The position numbers and the translations under genes are program-made. From an uncultured bacterium (lineage in GTDB: Bacteria; Bacillota_I; Bacilli_A; RFN20; CAG-826): a DNA stretch of 64,000 nucleotides. The notes beneath the pieces were generated by a model. The model was given only the letters and a program-made list of their open reading frames with translations, was not told the DNA's origin and made no database searches. The stretch is taken from the NCBI GenBank assembly GCA_949288485.1, contig CASEKC010000001.1, positions 71,070 to 135,069 of the forward strand, written 5' to 3'. How positions within the stretch are numbered: position 1 is the stretch's first letter; the number at the start of each line of letters is the position of its first letter. Of the stretch, positions 38,094 through 48,430 are shown one piece after another.

Positions 38094-39077
38094 TTAATTT
38101 TGATTAACAATAGATAAAAATTGATTGATTACTGTTTCATCCATTTCTTCATTAATTGATGTTGGAACAACTCCAAATCCGTTTCGACCATCTTTTTGAA
38201 CATTTCTAATTAATGTTGAATTGAAACCAAATAAAGATGTTTGTTCATTTTGATCAGAAATTTTTTCTTCAATTGCTGAAGCAACATTTTCTGGATTATT
38301 AATAACATCATTAACCGCGTTATTAATTCTTTCCAAAATTTTATCAACTACTTCTTCGTTTTCTTTTTCAAATTCTTTTCTAACGAATAAAGCAGCTTGA
38401 GGAACATAATCAAATGTATAAACATCACTATTTTTTTCTTTAAAGGCTTTTTGTAAATTTATATCTAAAATTTTAGTAGTATCAATACCATTTTGAGACC
38501 ATCTAGCCATTAAATTTGTTAATTGAGGTTCACTAATTACTGTCCAATCAATTGTTTCGCCTTCAATTGTAAAATTAGATTCTAATTTTAAAAGTTCGGT
38601 TTGCAAATTTCCAACAGCATCAAAATAATTTTCTTCCTTAATAATATCCCCATAAATATTATTAAACATTTTATTAGCTGTTCCTGTTTTTTGGAAAGAA
38701 TAGATATTATCTCCTTCAACAGGTATAGTTCCAGTTTCTTTATTAAAACCTAAAAGATGAAAATTTCCACCTGTAAGCATTAACTTAAATTCATATAATG
38801 GATTTTCTTGTTTCTTTAATATATTTGCTACTTGTGTTGAATCAAATACTAAAAAATCATAATTTTCATTGGAAAATTCTGGTGGAATAGTTGTTGGTGT
38901 TGTAGTTGTTTCAACATTTTCTTCAATTAAAATTTCCATATAAAGAGGTAATGCTGGAGCACCAACCGGCATTAATAATTTATAATCGAGTTTTTCGTTA
39001 TAAATGTTTGTAGAAGCGTGGCAACTTGTTAAAGTTGAAATAATAAGCACGCTAAAAAATAAAATACTTTTTTTCAT
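38094..39077 (-). CDS. lipoprotein, putative ABC substrate-binding protein
   Basis: Signal peptide with lipobox LTSC. Location upstream of the permease. Confidence 0.6.
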   Translation of the reverse strand: MKKSILFFSVLIISTLTSCHASTNIYNEKLDYKLLMPVGAPALPLYMEILIEENVETTTTPTTIPPEFSNENYDFLVFDSTQVANILKKQENPLYEFKLMLTGGNFHLLGFNKETGTIPVEGDNIYSFQKTGTANKMFNNIYGDIIKEENYFDAVGNLQTELLKLESNFTIEGETIDWTVISEPQLTNLMARWSQNGIDTTKILDINLQKAFKEKNSDVYTFDYVPQAALFVRKEFEKENEEVVDKILERINNAVNDVINNPENVASAIEEKISDQNEQTSLFGFNSTLIRNVQKDGRNGFGVVPTSINEEMDETVINQFLSIVNQN

Positions 39078-39091
39078 TTTTTACCTTCTTT

Positions 39092-40309
39092 CTATTTAAA
39101 TAATTCTTCGATTGTTTCACCAATCATCGAATCATCTTTTTTAAGATTAAAATTAGTTAAAATTGTATCACCAATATCAGCGAAAGAATTTCTATCATTT
39201 AGCATTCTTCCATCGCTAAAACCTTTTGAATAGCATAATAAAGGTACTTGTTCTCTTGTATGATCAGTCCCTTTCCATGTTGGATCGTTACCATGATCTG
39301 CAGTAATCATTAATAAATCATCTTCATTTAAATAAGCGATTAATTCTTTTAATTGTTCATCAAAAGTTTCAATGGCTTTTCCATAACCAATTGGATTTCT
39401 TCTATGGCCATATTCACTATCAAATTCGACTAAATTTACAAAACAGAAACCTTCATCAAATTCTTTAGATTTAACAATATCCATAGTTTTATTCATTCCA
39501 TCGACATTTGAAGAAATATGAACAGTTGAAGTTACACCAACACCATTGAAAATATCATTAATTTTTCCAACACAATTAACTTGATATCCATTATCTTTTA
39601 AGATATTCATTGCAGTAATTCCACTAGGAGAAACTGCGTAATCATGTCTATTTGATGTTCTTTTAAATGTATCTTTAGTTTTTCCAACAAATGGTCTTGC
39701 AATAATTCTTCCTACAAACCATTCATCTTTCATACATAATTTACGAGCGATTTCACATACTCTATAAAGTTCTTTTAATCCAACAGTTTCTTCATTTGCA
39801 CAAATTTGAAGAACACTATCACTTGATGTGTAAATAATTAATGAATTATTTTTAATAGATTCTTCACCTAAATCTTTTAAAATTTCAGTTCCGCTAGCTG
39901 CATAATTACCAATGAATTTATAGCCAGTTTCTTTTTCAAGTTCATCGATTAATTCTTTTGGAAAACCTGTTTCAGTAAATGTTTGAAATGGTTTTTTTGT
40001 TAAAATACCCATCATTTCCCAATGGCCAGTCATAGTATCTTTGCCATTGCTTGCTTCATTTAAACGTAATGAAAAGGAGTTTGGGTGAGAAACTTTTTCA
40101 CAACCTTTAATTTCATCTAAATCTCTAATTCCAAAAGAATTTAAGGTAGGAATATTTAATCCACTTTCAAAACTTTCACTAATATGTTTAAAAGTGTTTG
40201 ATCCAAAATCATTAACTTCTTTATTTTGGTAAAAATTCGCAGCATCTTTACCATTACCGATACCTAAACTATCGAGTACAATACAAATAATTCTTTTAAA
40301 TTTTTTCAT
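39092..40309 (-). CDS. deoB: phosphopentomutase
   Basis: Matches phosphopentomutase throughout, including the Mn-site motifs (VLDSLGIG, GKDTMTGHWE, ADHGNDP). Confidence 0.92.
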   Translation of the reverse strand: MKKFKRIICIVLDSLGIGNGKDAANFYQNKEVNDFGSNTFKHISESFESGLNIPTLNSFGIRDLDEIKGCEKVSHPNSFSLRLNEASNGKDTMTGHWEMMGILTKKPFQTFTETGFPKELIDELEKETGYKFIGNYAASGTEILKDLGEESIKNNSLIIYTSSDSVLQICANEETVGLKELYRVCEIARKLCMKDEWFVGRIIARPFVGKTKDTFKRTSNRHDYAVSPSGITAMNILKDNGYQVNCVGKINDIFNGVGVTSTVHISSNVDGMNKTMDIVKSKEFDEGFCFVNLVEFDSEYGHRRNPIGYGKAIETFDEQLKELIAYLNEDDLLMITADHGNDPTWKGTDHTREQVPLLCYSKGFSDGRMLNDRNSFADIGDTILTNFNLKKDDSMIGETIEELFK

Positions 40310-40394
40310 AAATTTTACCTTATTAAAAATACCTTAATTATTATACCAATATTTAAAGTATAAATATAATAATTTACATAATTCGTTGCATAAT

Positions 40395-41276
40395 TTAGTC
40401 TTTATTCCAAAATTTATCGTAAGCATTCATTATCTTTTCTTCAGCAACATGTGTATAAATTTGAGTAGTTTCGATGTTTTCATGACCTAACATCTCTTTA
40501 ACAGTTTTTAAATCTGCTCCCTTTGATAATAAATGTGTAGCAAAAGAATGCCTTAAAGTATGAGGTGAAATTGTTTTAGTTAAATTTATAATTTTTGAAT
40601 GTTTTCTAATCATTTCAAAAATATATTGTCTTGTTAATTTATGTCCGTTTTTATTTACAAAAAGAGTTGTTTTATCAGAAGAAATTATCTTTTTTCTAAC
40701 ATTTTTTAAATATAGATCAATATAATAAAGCGCTTCGCTTCTTATCGGTACTTCTCTTTGTTTATAACCTTTTCCAAGTACTTTTATTATCTTTTCTTGA
40801 ATGTTTATGTCTTTTATTTTTAAATTTATAAGCTCTGAAACTCTTAATCCAGATGAATATATTGTTTCGATTATTGCTTTATCACGTAATTCATCATCTT
40901 TAGAAATGTCAAAGGAATTTATTAAAGAATCTACTTCATCAATCGTTAAATATTCAGGTAAATATTTTTCACTCTTTGGTGTATATATTTTTCCAATTAT
41001 ATTGGTTTCAATTCCTTCTGTTTCTAAAAAAATATAAAAATTTTTAATTGTAGAAAGTCTCCTTTTTATCGATGAAGTTTTTAAATTATTGATTGATAAA
41101 TTATAGTTAAAATCATTAATATCATCTTTTGTTAAATCTGAAGTATCTTCTATATAAGGAAAATATTTTTTAAAAAGCAAAAAATCTTCCTTATAATTTT
41201 CAATTGTTTGAGGAAGAAGATTTTTTTCAATTAATAAAAAATTTAAATATTTTTGAAAAGCTTGATTAATTTCCAT
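40395..41276 (-). CDS. xerD: tyrosine recombinase XerD (XerC/XerD family)
   Basis: R...HTLRHSFATHLL...LGHENIETTQIYTHV catalytic motifs. Near deoB, as ripX is in Bacillus. Assignment to XerC versus XerD is uncertain. Confidence 0.75.
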   Translation of the reverse strand: MEINQAFQKYLNFLLIEKNLLPQTIENYKEDFLLFKKYFPYIEDTSDLTKDDINDFNYNLSINNLKTSSIKRRLSTIKNFYIFLETEGIETNIIGKIYTPKSEKYLPEYLTIDEVDSLINSFDISKDDELRDKAIIETIYSSGLRVSELINLKIKDINIQEKIIKVLGKGYKQREVPIRSEALYYIDLYLKNVRKKIISSDKTTLFVNKNGHKLTRQYIFEMIRKHSKIINLTKTISPHTLRHSFATHLLSKGADLKTVKEMLGHENIETTQIYTHVAEEKIMNAYDKFWNKD

Positions 41277-42471
41277 GTTTATTTTTTAAATCCGAAACCC
41301 TTTTTAATACATCTTTATTAAATTTCCTATTTAATTCATTTATTAATAAGAAAGTTTCACTTTCTTTTTCGTGAATCATATAATCATCAAAAGTCATTTG
41401 AGTAACAGCTTCATTTCGATTGATTAAATTTTTAACTGAAAAACCTATTAATCTTATTAGTTGATTTTTATATGAATTTTCAAATAATTTAATAGCTGCT
41501 TCTTTGATTTTTGTTTCACTATCAGTGTAATCACCAATAGTTTTTGAATATGTAGTTGTTTTAAAATCACCGGTATTCGAAGCTTCTTTTAATGTTAATT
41601 GAATAGTTTTTGTTAATTTACCTTCGTTTTTCATATCAGCAATAATTCTATCAACTTCTTTCAAATAAAAATCGCGAATTTCTTCTCTTGAACTAGAATC
41701 ACTTAATAAAGTTCTTGTTGTTCCGATAGATTTTTGTTCATCTGAAACTACATGAACTTCATCAGACGATCTTCCTTCTAAGCATTCTAAAATATAATTT
41801 TTAGATTCCATTAAGGTTTCATTAACTTCAGGAATATTTAACTTAATTTTATAATATAAATCTCCAATAGTTTTAATGCCTAATTTATATAATTTTGGTG
41901 ATGTTTTCTTTCCGATTCCATAAAATGTTTTAACATCTAAAGGAAATAAGATTTTTTTAATATCTTTTTTTCTGATTATAGTTATTCCCATTGGTTTTTT
42001 ATAATCTGATCCCATTTTAGCTAAAAATTTAGTAGGACCAACACCAATAGAACATTTTAATTTAGTTTTTTTATATAAAGAATTTTGAATATCTTTTAAA
42101 TACCAATAAATGTTGTTTTTTCCATATTTTTTAAAAGATTCTGTTATATCAACATAACATTCATCACAAGAAATTTGTTCGATTATTTCACTATATTTTC
42201 TTATATGAGATATAAATTCCTTACTTAAAAGTTCAATAAAATTAAAATCAGGAGGCAAAATTATTAAATCTTTACATAAGGCTTTTGCTTGAAACATAGG
42301 CATTCCAGAACTAACACCATATTTCCTAGCTTCATATGAGCAAGTTGAAACGATTCCAGCTCTCCCTTCTCCTCCAATAGCGACTGGTTTACCAATAATT
42401 GAAGGATTTTTAATTTCTTCACATCTTACAAAGAAAGTATTCAAATCGATATGTAATATAATTTTGCTCAT
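41266..42471 (-). CDS. dinB: DNA polymerase IV (DinB, Y-family)
   Basis: HIDLNTFF and SCSYEARKYGV UmuC-family motifs. Confidence 0.85.
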   Translation of the reverse strand: MSKIILHIDLNTFFVRCEEIKNPSIIGKPVAIGGEGRAGIVSTCSYEARKYGVSSGMPMFQAKALCKDLIILPPDFNFIELLSKEFISHIRKYSEIIEQISCDECYVDITESFKKYGKNNIYWYLKDIQNSLYKKTKLKCSIGVGPTKFLAKMGSDYKKPMGITIIRKKDIKKILFPLDVKTFYGIGKKTSPKLYKLGIKTIGDLYYKIKLNIPEVNETLMESKNYILECLEGRSSDEVHVVSDEQKSIGTTRTLLSDSSSREEIRDFYLKEVDRIIADMKNEGKLTKTIQLTLKEASNTGDFKTTTYSKTIGDYTDSETKIKEAAIKLFENSYKNQLIRLIGFSVKNLINRNEAVTQMTFDDYMIHEKESETFLLINELNRKFNKDVLKRVSDLKNKHGN

Positions 42472-42495
42472 ATAAATATACTAATAAATTACTAT

Positions 42496-42684
42496 TTATT
42501 TACTATATTCATTTATTTTTGCTTTTGCTTCATTTAATGTATCAGTTTCTTCTTTAATTAATTTTTGAGCTTCTTCATATAAAGAAAGCATTTCATTTAA
42601 AGGAGCATTACCTTCACTCATCTTTTTAACAATTTCATCTAAACGTGCTAGTTTTTCTTCAAAGGTTAATTCTTTATTTTCCAT
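42496..42684 (-). CDS. xseB: exodeoxyribonuclease VII small subunit
   Basis: FEEKLARLDEIVKKMSEG matches the XseB consensus. Confidence 0.8.
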   Translation of the reverse strand: MENKELTFEEKLARLDEIVKKMSEGNAPLNEMLSLYEEAQKLIKEETDTLNEAKAKINEYSK

Positions 42685-43924
42685 TTTTTAATTTCTCCTT
42701 TTTTGTAATTGAAACATCGACTTCTTTATCTTTAAAAATAATTTTATTATTACCTTCATCTTTAAGTAATTTAGATTCATAAATTATTTCATCATTTTCA
42801 TCTTTAATAATACAGTATCCTTTATTTAAAATATTATAAGGATTAGATGAATCAGCAAGAATTTTATAATTGTTTATCTTATTATCTAAATTATAAATAT
42901 AATTTTTAAATAAGTTGGTAATTTTTATCTCATAATTAGTTATTTTTTCAAAATAAGCATCATAAATTTTATCTAAACTAGTTAATGATTTATTCGTTTT
43001 TAAAATAGTTAATTTATGAATATAATTTGATAAAAAATTATTCATTAAGGTATTTATATAATCTTTGTTTTGTTTTAAATCATTTAATACATCTTCTTTA
43101 TTAGGAACGACAATTTCAGCAGCTCCTGTTGGAGTTGAAGCATATTTATCAGCGATAAAATCAGTTATTGATCTATTAATTTCATGACCAACCGCACTAA
43201 TTAACGGAGTTTTTATTTTTGCTATCGTGCGAATTAATTCTTCATCATCGAAGCACGATAAATCTTCAATACTTCCGCCACCTCTAGCAATAATTAAAAC
43301 ATCATTATTATCATTATCAGCTTTAATAATATTTTTAATTAAATCTAATGGTGCTTCTTTTCCTTGAACTAAACTATAATAAAAATTTATTTCAACAAGT
43401 GTCCATCTTCTAATAATATTTGTTTCTAAATCTTTACTAGCAGCACTATTTTTTCCGACAATAATTCCAATTTTATAAGGGAAAAGAGGTAATTTTTTCT
43501 TTCTAGATTCATCAAAAAGACCTTCTTTTGATAATTTTTCAATTAATTTTTGTTTCTTTAGAAGAATATCACCTTCTCCTTCTCTAGAAATATTTTTAAC
43601 GATTAATTGATAATATCCACCGTTTGCATAAACTGATAAAGAACACGTTAAAATAACTTCATCGCCATCTTTAAAATCTTCTTTTAAAGAAAAAGCGTCA
43701 TATTTAAACATGACACATTTTATAGTGCTTGAAGAATCTTTAAGTGAAAAATAAATATGCCCAGAAATATTTTTACCTTTCCAATTTGAAATTTCACCCT
43801 TTACTTTAAGAGATTTAAAAAATGGAGAAGTATCAAAAATTTCTTTAACTAAATTATTGATTTCTAATACACTAAACGTATGGTTTTTTATATTATTATT
43901 TAATTCTTCTTCAAAATTATTCAT
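42674..43924 (-). CDS. xseA: exodeoxyribonuclease VII large subunit
   Basis: OB-fold N-terminus and catalytic core. nusB-xseA-xseB order. Confidence 0.8.
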   Translation of the reverse strand: MNNFEEELNNNIKNHTFSVLEINNLVKEIFDTSPFFKSLKVKGEISNWKGKNISGHIYFSLKDSSSTIKCVMFKYDAFSLKEDFKDGDEVILTCSLSVYANGGYYQLIVKNISREGEGDILLKKQKLIEKLSKEGLFDESRKKKLPLFPYKIGIIVGKNSAASKDLETNIIRRWTLVEINFYYSLVQGKEAPLDLIKNIIKADNDNNDVLIIARGGGSIEDLSCFDDEELIRTIAKIKTPLISAVGHEINRSITDFIADKYASTPTGAAEIVVPNKEDVLNDLKQNKDYINTLMNNFLSNYIHKLTILKTNKSLTSLDKIYDAYFEKITNYEIKITNLFKNYIYNLDNKINNYKILADSSNPYNILNKGYCIIKDENDEIIYESKLLKDEGNNKIIFKDKEVDVSITKKEKLKNGK

Positions 43925-44333
43925 TTTTTAAACAATTATCTAAAATAGCATTTACAAATTTATAATCGTCTTTTTCGCCATATTTTTTTGCTAATTCAAC
44001 CGCAATATTAATAGCAATATTTTTATTCATTCCTTCAATATATTTAAAATTGGTTACCGCTAAAATTAAAATAGCTTTAATACAAGTATTTAATCTAGAA
44101 AATTTCCAATTTTTTAAATATTGTGAAATTAAAGAAATAATTTCTTGTTCGTTTTTTAATGATTTAATAATAATTTCTTTTAAAAATGTAGGAGTTTCTT
44201 CGTAACTCATGCCTAAAAAATCTTCGAACGTTTGTTCGATATTGATTACAATTCCTTCTTCTTGACAAATCAAAAACGAAGAAAGTATTTGCATTGCGAT
44301 TTCTTGAGTTTTATTTCTACTAATCTCTTCCAT
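43917..44333 (-). CDS. nusB: transcription antitermination factor NusB
   Basis: NusB helical fold sequence and synteny. Confidence 0.8.
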   Translation of the reverse strand: MEEISRNKTQEIAMQILSSFLICQEEGIVINIEQTFEDFLGMSYEETPTFLKEIIIKSLKNEQEIISLISQYLKNWKFSRLNTCIKAILILAVTNFKYIEGMNKNIAINIAVELAKKYGEKDDYKFVNAILDNCLKNE

Positions 44334-44336
44334 ATT

Positions 44337-44669
44337 TTATTTATTTTTTATATCACTAAAACTAAAAGAAATATCAAAAGGAATAGCTTCACATTGATTT
44401 AATAAGTTAACATTTAAATTTTTAGTAACTTCTTCTTCGATTATTTCTTTACTAACATCTTTTTCAACAAGCAAATTAAATTTATAAGAAATTTTATTTC
44501 CTCTAATAATTGCTACAACACTTGGTTTAGATTTTTCATTTTTTTCATCTTTTTTAACGATTCCAACAACATCTTTTAAAGATTCTTTACCAATTGTTGT
44601 AAAAACTTTTTTACTCATTGCAAGTTTGCCATTTTTATTAAATTTATTTAAATAAATGTAATTTGCCAT
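44337..44669 (-). CDS. Asp23/Gls24 (alkaline shock protein) family protein
   Basis: Weak family pattern (VF..IGKESLKDVVGI ... N.LVEKDV.KEI). Position matches yqhY before nusB. Confidence 0.45.
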   Translation of the reverse strand: MANYIYLNKFNKNGKLAMSKKVFTTIGKESLKDVVGIVKKDEKNEKSKPSVVAIIRGNKISYKFNLLVEKDVSKEIIEEEVTKNLNVNLLNQCEAIPFDISFSFSDIKNK

Positions 44670-44670
44670 A

Positions 44671-46671
44671 TTAATTATTCTCCTTCATATAATCAAGAAT
44701 AAATTTAGTTAAATAAGGCTCTTCAAATTTGAAATGAGAAATAAGTTCATTAGCATTTCCACTAGCTCCAAAACAATCAATTCCATAAGGATGAGCACTA
44801 TATTTATGCCAACCAAATGTTGAAGCCATTTCAACAGAGAATGTTTTTTCTCTAGAAGATCTTAAGACACTTGATTTATATTTATCATCTTGAAGTTCAA
44901 AGCTATTATAAGAAGGCATTGAAACAACATCAAAATCTAAACCTGATTCAAGTAATTTTTGTTTAGTTTGAATAGCTAAAGAAACTTCACTTCCTGTAGC
45001 AATAATTGTTCCATCAGGAATTTCTTTAGTTGCTTTATCAATAATATAAGCACCTTTTTCAAAGTCTCCATCATATTTTGAATTTTCAAGTAATGGTAAA
45101 TTTTGACGTGATAAAACGATTGCGGTTGGAGTTGTTTTGCTTTTTAATGCAACTCGATATGCACCATAAGTTTCTTTTGCATCACAAGGTCTAATTAAAT
45201 TGAAATTAGGAATAGATCTAAGCATTGCAAAATGTTCAATAGGTTGATGAGTTGGGCCATCTTCTCCTACAGCAATAGAATCATGTGATAATAAATAAAT
45301 TTGAGGAACTTTCATTAAAGAAGACATTCTTATTGCGCTCTTTGCATAATCACTAAATACAAAGAAAGAACCAACATAACTTCTTAATCCACCATGGAGT
45401 AAAATTCCATTTGATGCTGTACACATCAAGAATTCACGAATACCCCAGTTTATATTTGTACCATTTGGAGTTGATGGAGTGAAAGTAATTCCATTATTTA
45501 AATGAGTTTTAACACTACTTGCAACGTCAGCACTTCCTCCAACAAGGAAAGGTAAATTTTCATGGAAATAATTTAATAAAATTCCACTAGTATTTCTTGT
45601 TGCATCTGTTTTTAATGTTGAAACATCAAATTTTAAATTATCAACAATATCATCGATATTATTATTATTATTAAATACTTTTTCTAAAACATCGATTTTA
45701 TCGCCATTTATTGCTTTTTGTTGTTGATAATAATTGTTATATTTTTCATATTTCTCATTAGCTCTTGCAATAAAAGTTTCTTTAAAATCATTGTAAACTT
45801 CTTGTGGAATATCAAATGGTTCATTTGTATAGCCGTAACTTAATTTAGCATTATTTCCATCTTCTAAGCCTAAAGGTGCACCATGTACTTTACAAGTTCC
45901 TTGATTTTTTGAACCATATCCAATAATTGTTTTAAAAATAATTAAAGTAGGTCTTTCTTCTTCTTTTTTAGCTTTTGCTAAAGCATTACGAATTTGAGTT
46001 ATATTATTACCATCTTTTACAGTAATAACATTCCATTTTGCACTTTCAAATCTCATTTTAACGTCATTTACGTCAGATTGAGCTAAAGGTCCATCTAATG
46101 TAACGTCATTTGCATCATATAAAAGAATGAGTTTATTTAATTTATTTAAACCAGCAAAAGAGATAGCTTCTTGAGAAATACCTTCTTCTAAACAACCATC
46201 GCCACAAATACAATAAGTATAATGATTGAATAAATGTTTTGAATATTGTGCAGAAAGCATTCTTTCAGAAAGAGCAATACCAACTGCTTCAGCAACGCCT
46301 TGTCCTAAAGGTCCACTTGAAGCATCAATTCCTTCAGTAACTCCAACTTCTGGATGTCCTGGGGTAATTGATCCAAATTTTCTAAATTTTTTTAAATCAT
46401 CTATTGAAATATTATATCCACATAAATGAAGAATTGTATAAAGAAGCATTGAAGCATGTCCACAACTTAAAACAACTCTATCGCGGTTAATCCAATTAGG
46501 TTTAAATGGATTTGCAACAACGAAGTCACGATATAAAACATACATAATTGGAGCAAGAGAAAGTGAGGCTCCTGGGTGACCGCTATTGGCAAGATTTATT
46601 CCGTCGATAGCTGTTGCTCTTAAAGCTGCGACACATAATTTTTGAGTTTTTCTAGATTGTGAACTTTGCAT
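44671..46671 (-). CDS. tkt: transketolase
   Basis: Thiamine-diphosphate (GHPG, GDG...E) and transketolase pyrimidine-domain motifs. Confidence 0.92.
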   Translation of the reverse strand: MQSSQSRKTQKLCVAALRATAIDGINLANSGHPGASLSLAPIMYVLYRDFVVANPFKPNWINRDRVVLSCGHASMLLYTILHLCGYNISIDDLKKFRKFGSITPGHPEVGVTEGIDASSGPLGQGVAEAVGIALSERMLSAQYSKHLFNHYTYCICGDGCLEEGISQEAISFAGLNKLNKLILLYDANDVTLDGPLAQSDVNDVKMRFESAKWNVITVKDGNNITQIRNALAKAKKEEERPTLIIFKTIIGYGSKNQGTCKVHGAPLGLEDGNNAKLSYGYTNEPFDIPQEVYNDFKETFIARANEKYEKYNNYYQQQKAINGDKIDVLEKVFNNNNNIDDIVDNLKFDVSTLKTDATRNTSGILLNYFHENLPFLVGGSADVASSVKTHLNNGITFTPSTPNGTNINWGIREFLMCTASNGILLHGGLRSYVGSFFVFSDYAKSAIRMSSLMKVPQIYLLSHDSIAVGEDGPTHQPIEHFAMLRSIPNFNLIRPCDAKETYGAYRVALKSKTTPTAIVLSRQNLPLLENSKYDGDFEKGAYIIDKATKEIPDGTIIATGSEVSLAIQTKQKLLESGLDFDVVSMPSYNSFELQDDKYKSSVLRSSREKTFSVEMASTFGWHKYSAHPYGIDCFGASGNANELISHFKFEEPYLTKFILDYMKENN

Positions 46672-46673
46672 AT

Positions 46674-48425
46674 TTAATCTTCCTCCTTCACAATTTTTAT
46701 TCCAAGCTCAGCAAGTTGATCATCATCAACATTTACTGGAGCATTTGTAACAGGACAAACAGCACTTAAATTTTTAGGGAAAGCAATAACATCTCTAATA
46801 TTGTTAGTTTCACATAAAACCATGGTTAATCTTTCAAGTCCGAAAGCCATTCCACCATGTGGAGGTGTTCCATATTTAAGTGATTCAACAAACCATCCAA
46901 ATTTTCTTTGAATATCTTCTTCACTAAACCCTAAGATTTTAAAAATTCTATCTTGTGTTTCTTGATCATAAATTCTTAATCCGCCACCACCGGCTTCATA
47001 ACCATTCATAACAATATCATAAGTATAAGAATATACATTGTATGGCTCAGTTTCTAGCTTATCTAAATCTTCATCAACTGGTCTAGTGAATGGGTGATGA
47101 CATGGAGTAATTTCACCAGTTTCTTCACTTTTTTCAAAAAGTGGGAAATCAACAACCCATAATACATCAAATGTATGAGGTTTAATTAAATTTAATTCTT
47201 CAGCTAAATCAGTTCTTAAAGCGCCAAGACCAAAATTTACATTTCTTAAAATATTGCCTTGAGCAATAAAAATAACATCATTTTCTTTTAATGAGAATCT
47301 TTCAATTAAACCATTTTTAGTTTTCTCATCGAAGAATTTAACAATTGAACCAACAAGTTCGTTATTCTCATATTTTATAACAAAATAGTTATTAAGTTTG
47401 AATTTTTTTGCTAAAAGATTATAAGTATCTTGTTTTTTTCTTGTGCAATCTTTAGCAAAATTTTCAACTTTAATACCTTTTATATATTTTGCGTTTTTAA
47501 ACGTTTCAAATTCTGAATCAACAAATAAATCTTTTATATCGGTTAATTTTAAATCAAAACGAGTATCTGGTTTATCACTACCATAAACATTTGTAGCTTC
47601 ATCATAAGAAATTCTTCTTAAAGGTAATTTAATATCAACATCAATTACTTCTTTAAAAACTTTTTGAACAAAACCTTCCATTAATGTAAGGAATTGATCT
47701 TGAGTTAAAAATGAAGTTTCAATATCAATTTGAGTAAAATCAGGTTGACGATCAGCTCTTAAATCTTCATCTCTAAAACAACGTGCAACTTGATAATATC
47801 TTTCAAAACCTGCTACCATTAACATTTGTTTATAAAGTTGAGGAGATTGAGGAAGAGCGTAAAATTGACCCTTATGAATTCTACTAGGGACAAGATAGTC
47901 TCTAGCTCCTTCTGGCGTTGAAGGTGCAAGATAAGGAGTTTCAACTTCAATAAACCCATTTTGGTCTAAATATTCATGAGCGATTTTAACAATTTTTGCT
48001 CTTGTAATAAAATTCTTTAATAAATTTGGTCTTCTTAAATCTAAATAGCGATATTTTAAACGAATATCTTCTAAAGCATCAGTTTTTTCAGCGATAATAA
48101 ATGGAGGTTGTTTAGCAGTATTAATTAAAACAACTTCACTTGCTTCAATTTCAATTTCGCCTGTTTTTAAATTTGGATTTGCTACATCTTTTTTATTAAC
48201 AACTCCAGTGATATTTAAAATATATTCATTACGAATATCAGGTACTTCAATTGAATCTGTTTTAATTAAAACTTGAATAATTCCACTTCTATCTCTTAAA
48301 TCAACAAACATTAAGCTTCCAAGATTTCTCTTTTTTGAAACCCAACCAACAACAGAGACAGTTTTATTTAAATCATTTAAAGATAATTCTCCGCAATAAT
48401 TAGTTCTTTTTATCTCTTTTTCCAT
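46674..48425 (-). CDS. aspS: aspartate--tRNA ligase
   Basis: N-terminal RTNYCGEL, class II motifs and the GAD insertion. Start at the internal Met, which avoids overlap with hisS. Confidence 0.92.
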   Translation of the reverse strand: MEKEIKRTNYCGELSLNDLNKTVSVVGWVSKKRNLGSLMFVDLRDRSGIIQVLIKTDSIEVPDIRNEYILNITGVVNKKDVANPNLKTGEIEIEASEVVLINTAKQPPFIIAEKTDALEDIRLKYRYLDLRRPNLLKNFITRAKIVKIAHEYLDQNGFIEVETPYLAPSTPEGARDYLVPSRIHKGQFYALPQSPQLYKQMLMVAGFERYYQVARCFRDEDLRADRQPDFTQIDIETSFLTQDQFLTLMEGFVQKVFKEVIDVDIKLPLRRISYDEATNVYGSDKPDTRFDLKLTDIKDLFVDSEFETFKNAKYIKGIKVENFAKDCTRKKQDTYNLLAKKFKLNNYFVIKYENNELVGSIVKFFDEKTKNGLIERFSLKENDVIFIAQGNILRNVNFGLGALRTDLAEELNLIKPHTFDVLWVVDFPLFEKSEETGEITPCHHPFTRPVDEDLDKLETEPYNVYSYTYDIVMNGYEAGGGGLRIYDQETQDRIFKILGFSEEDIQRKFGWFVESLKYGTPPHGGMAFGLERLTMVLCETNNIRDVIAFPKNLSAVCPVTNAPVNVDDDQLAELGIKIVKEED

Positions 48426-48430
48426 ATTTT

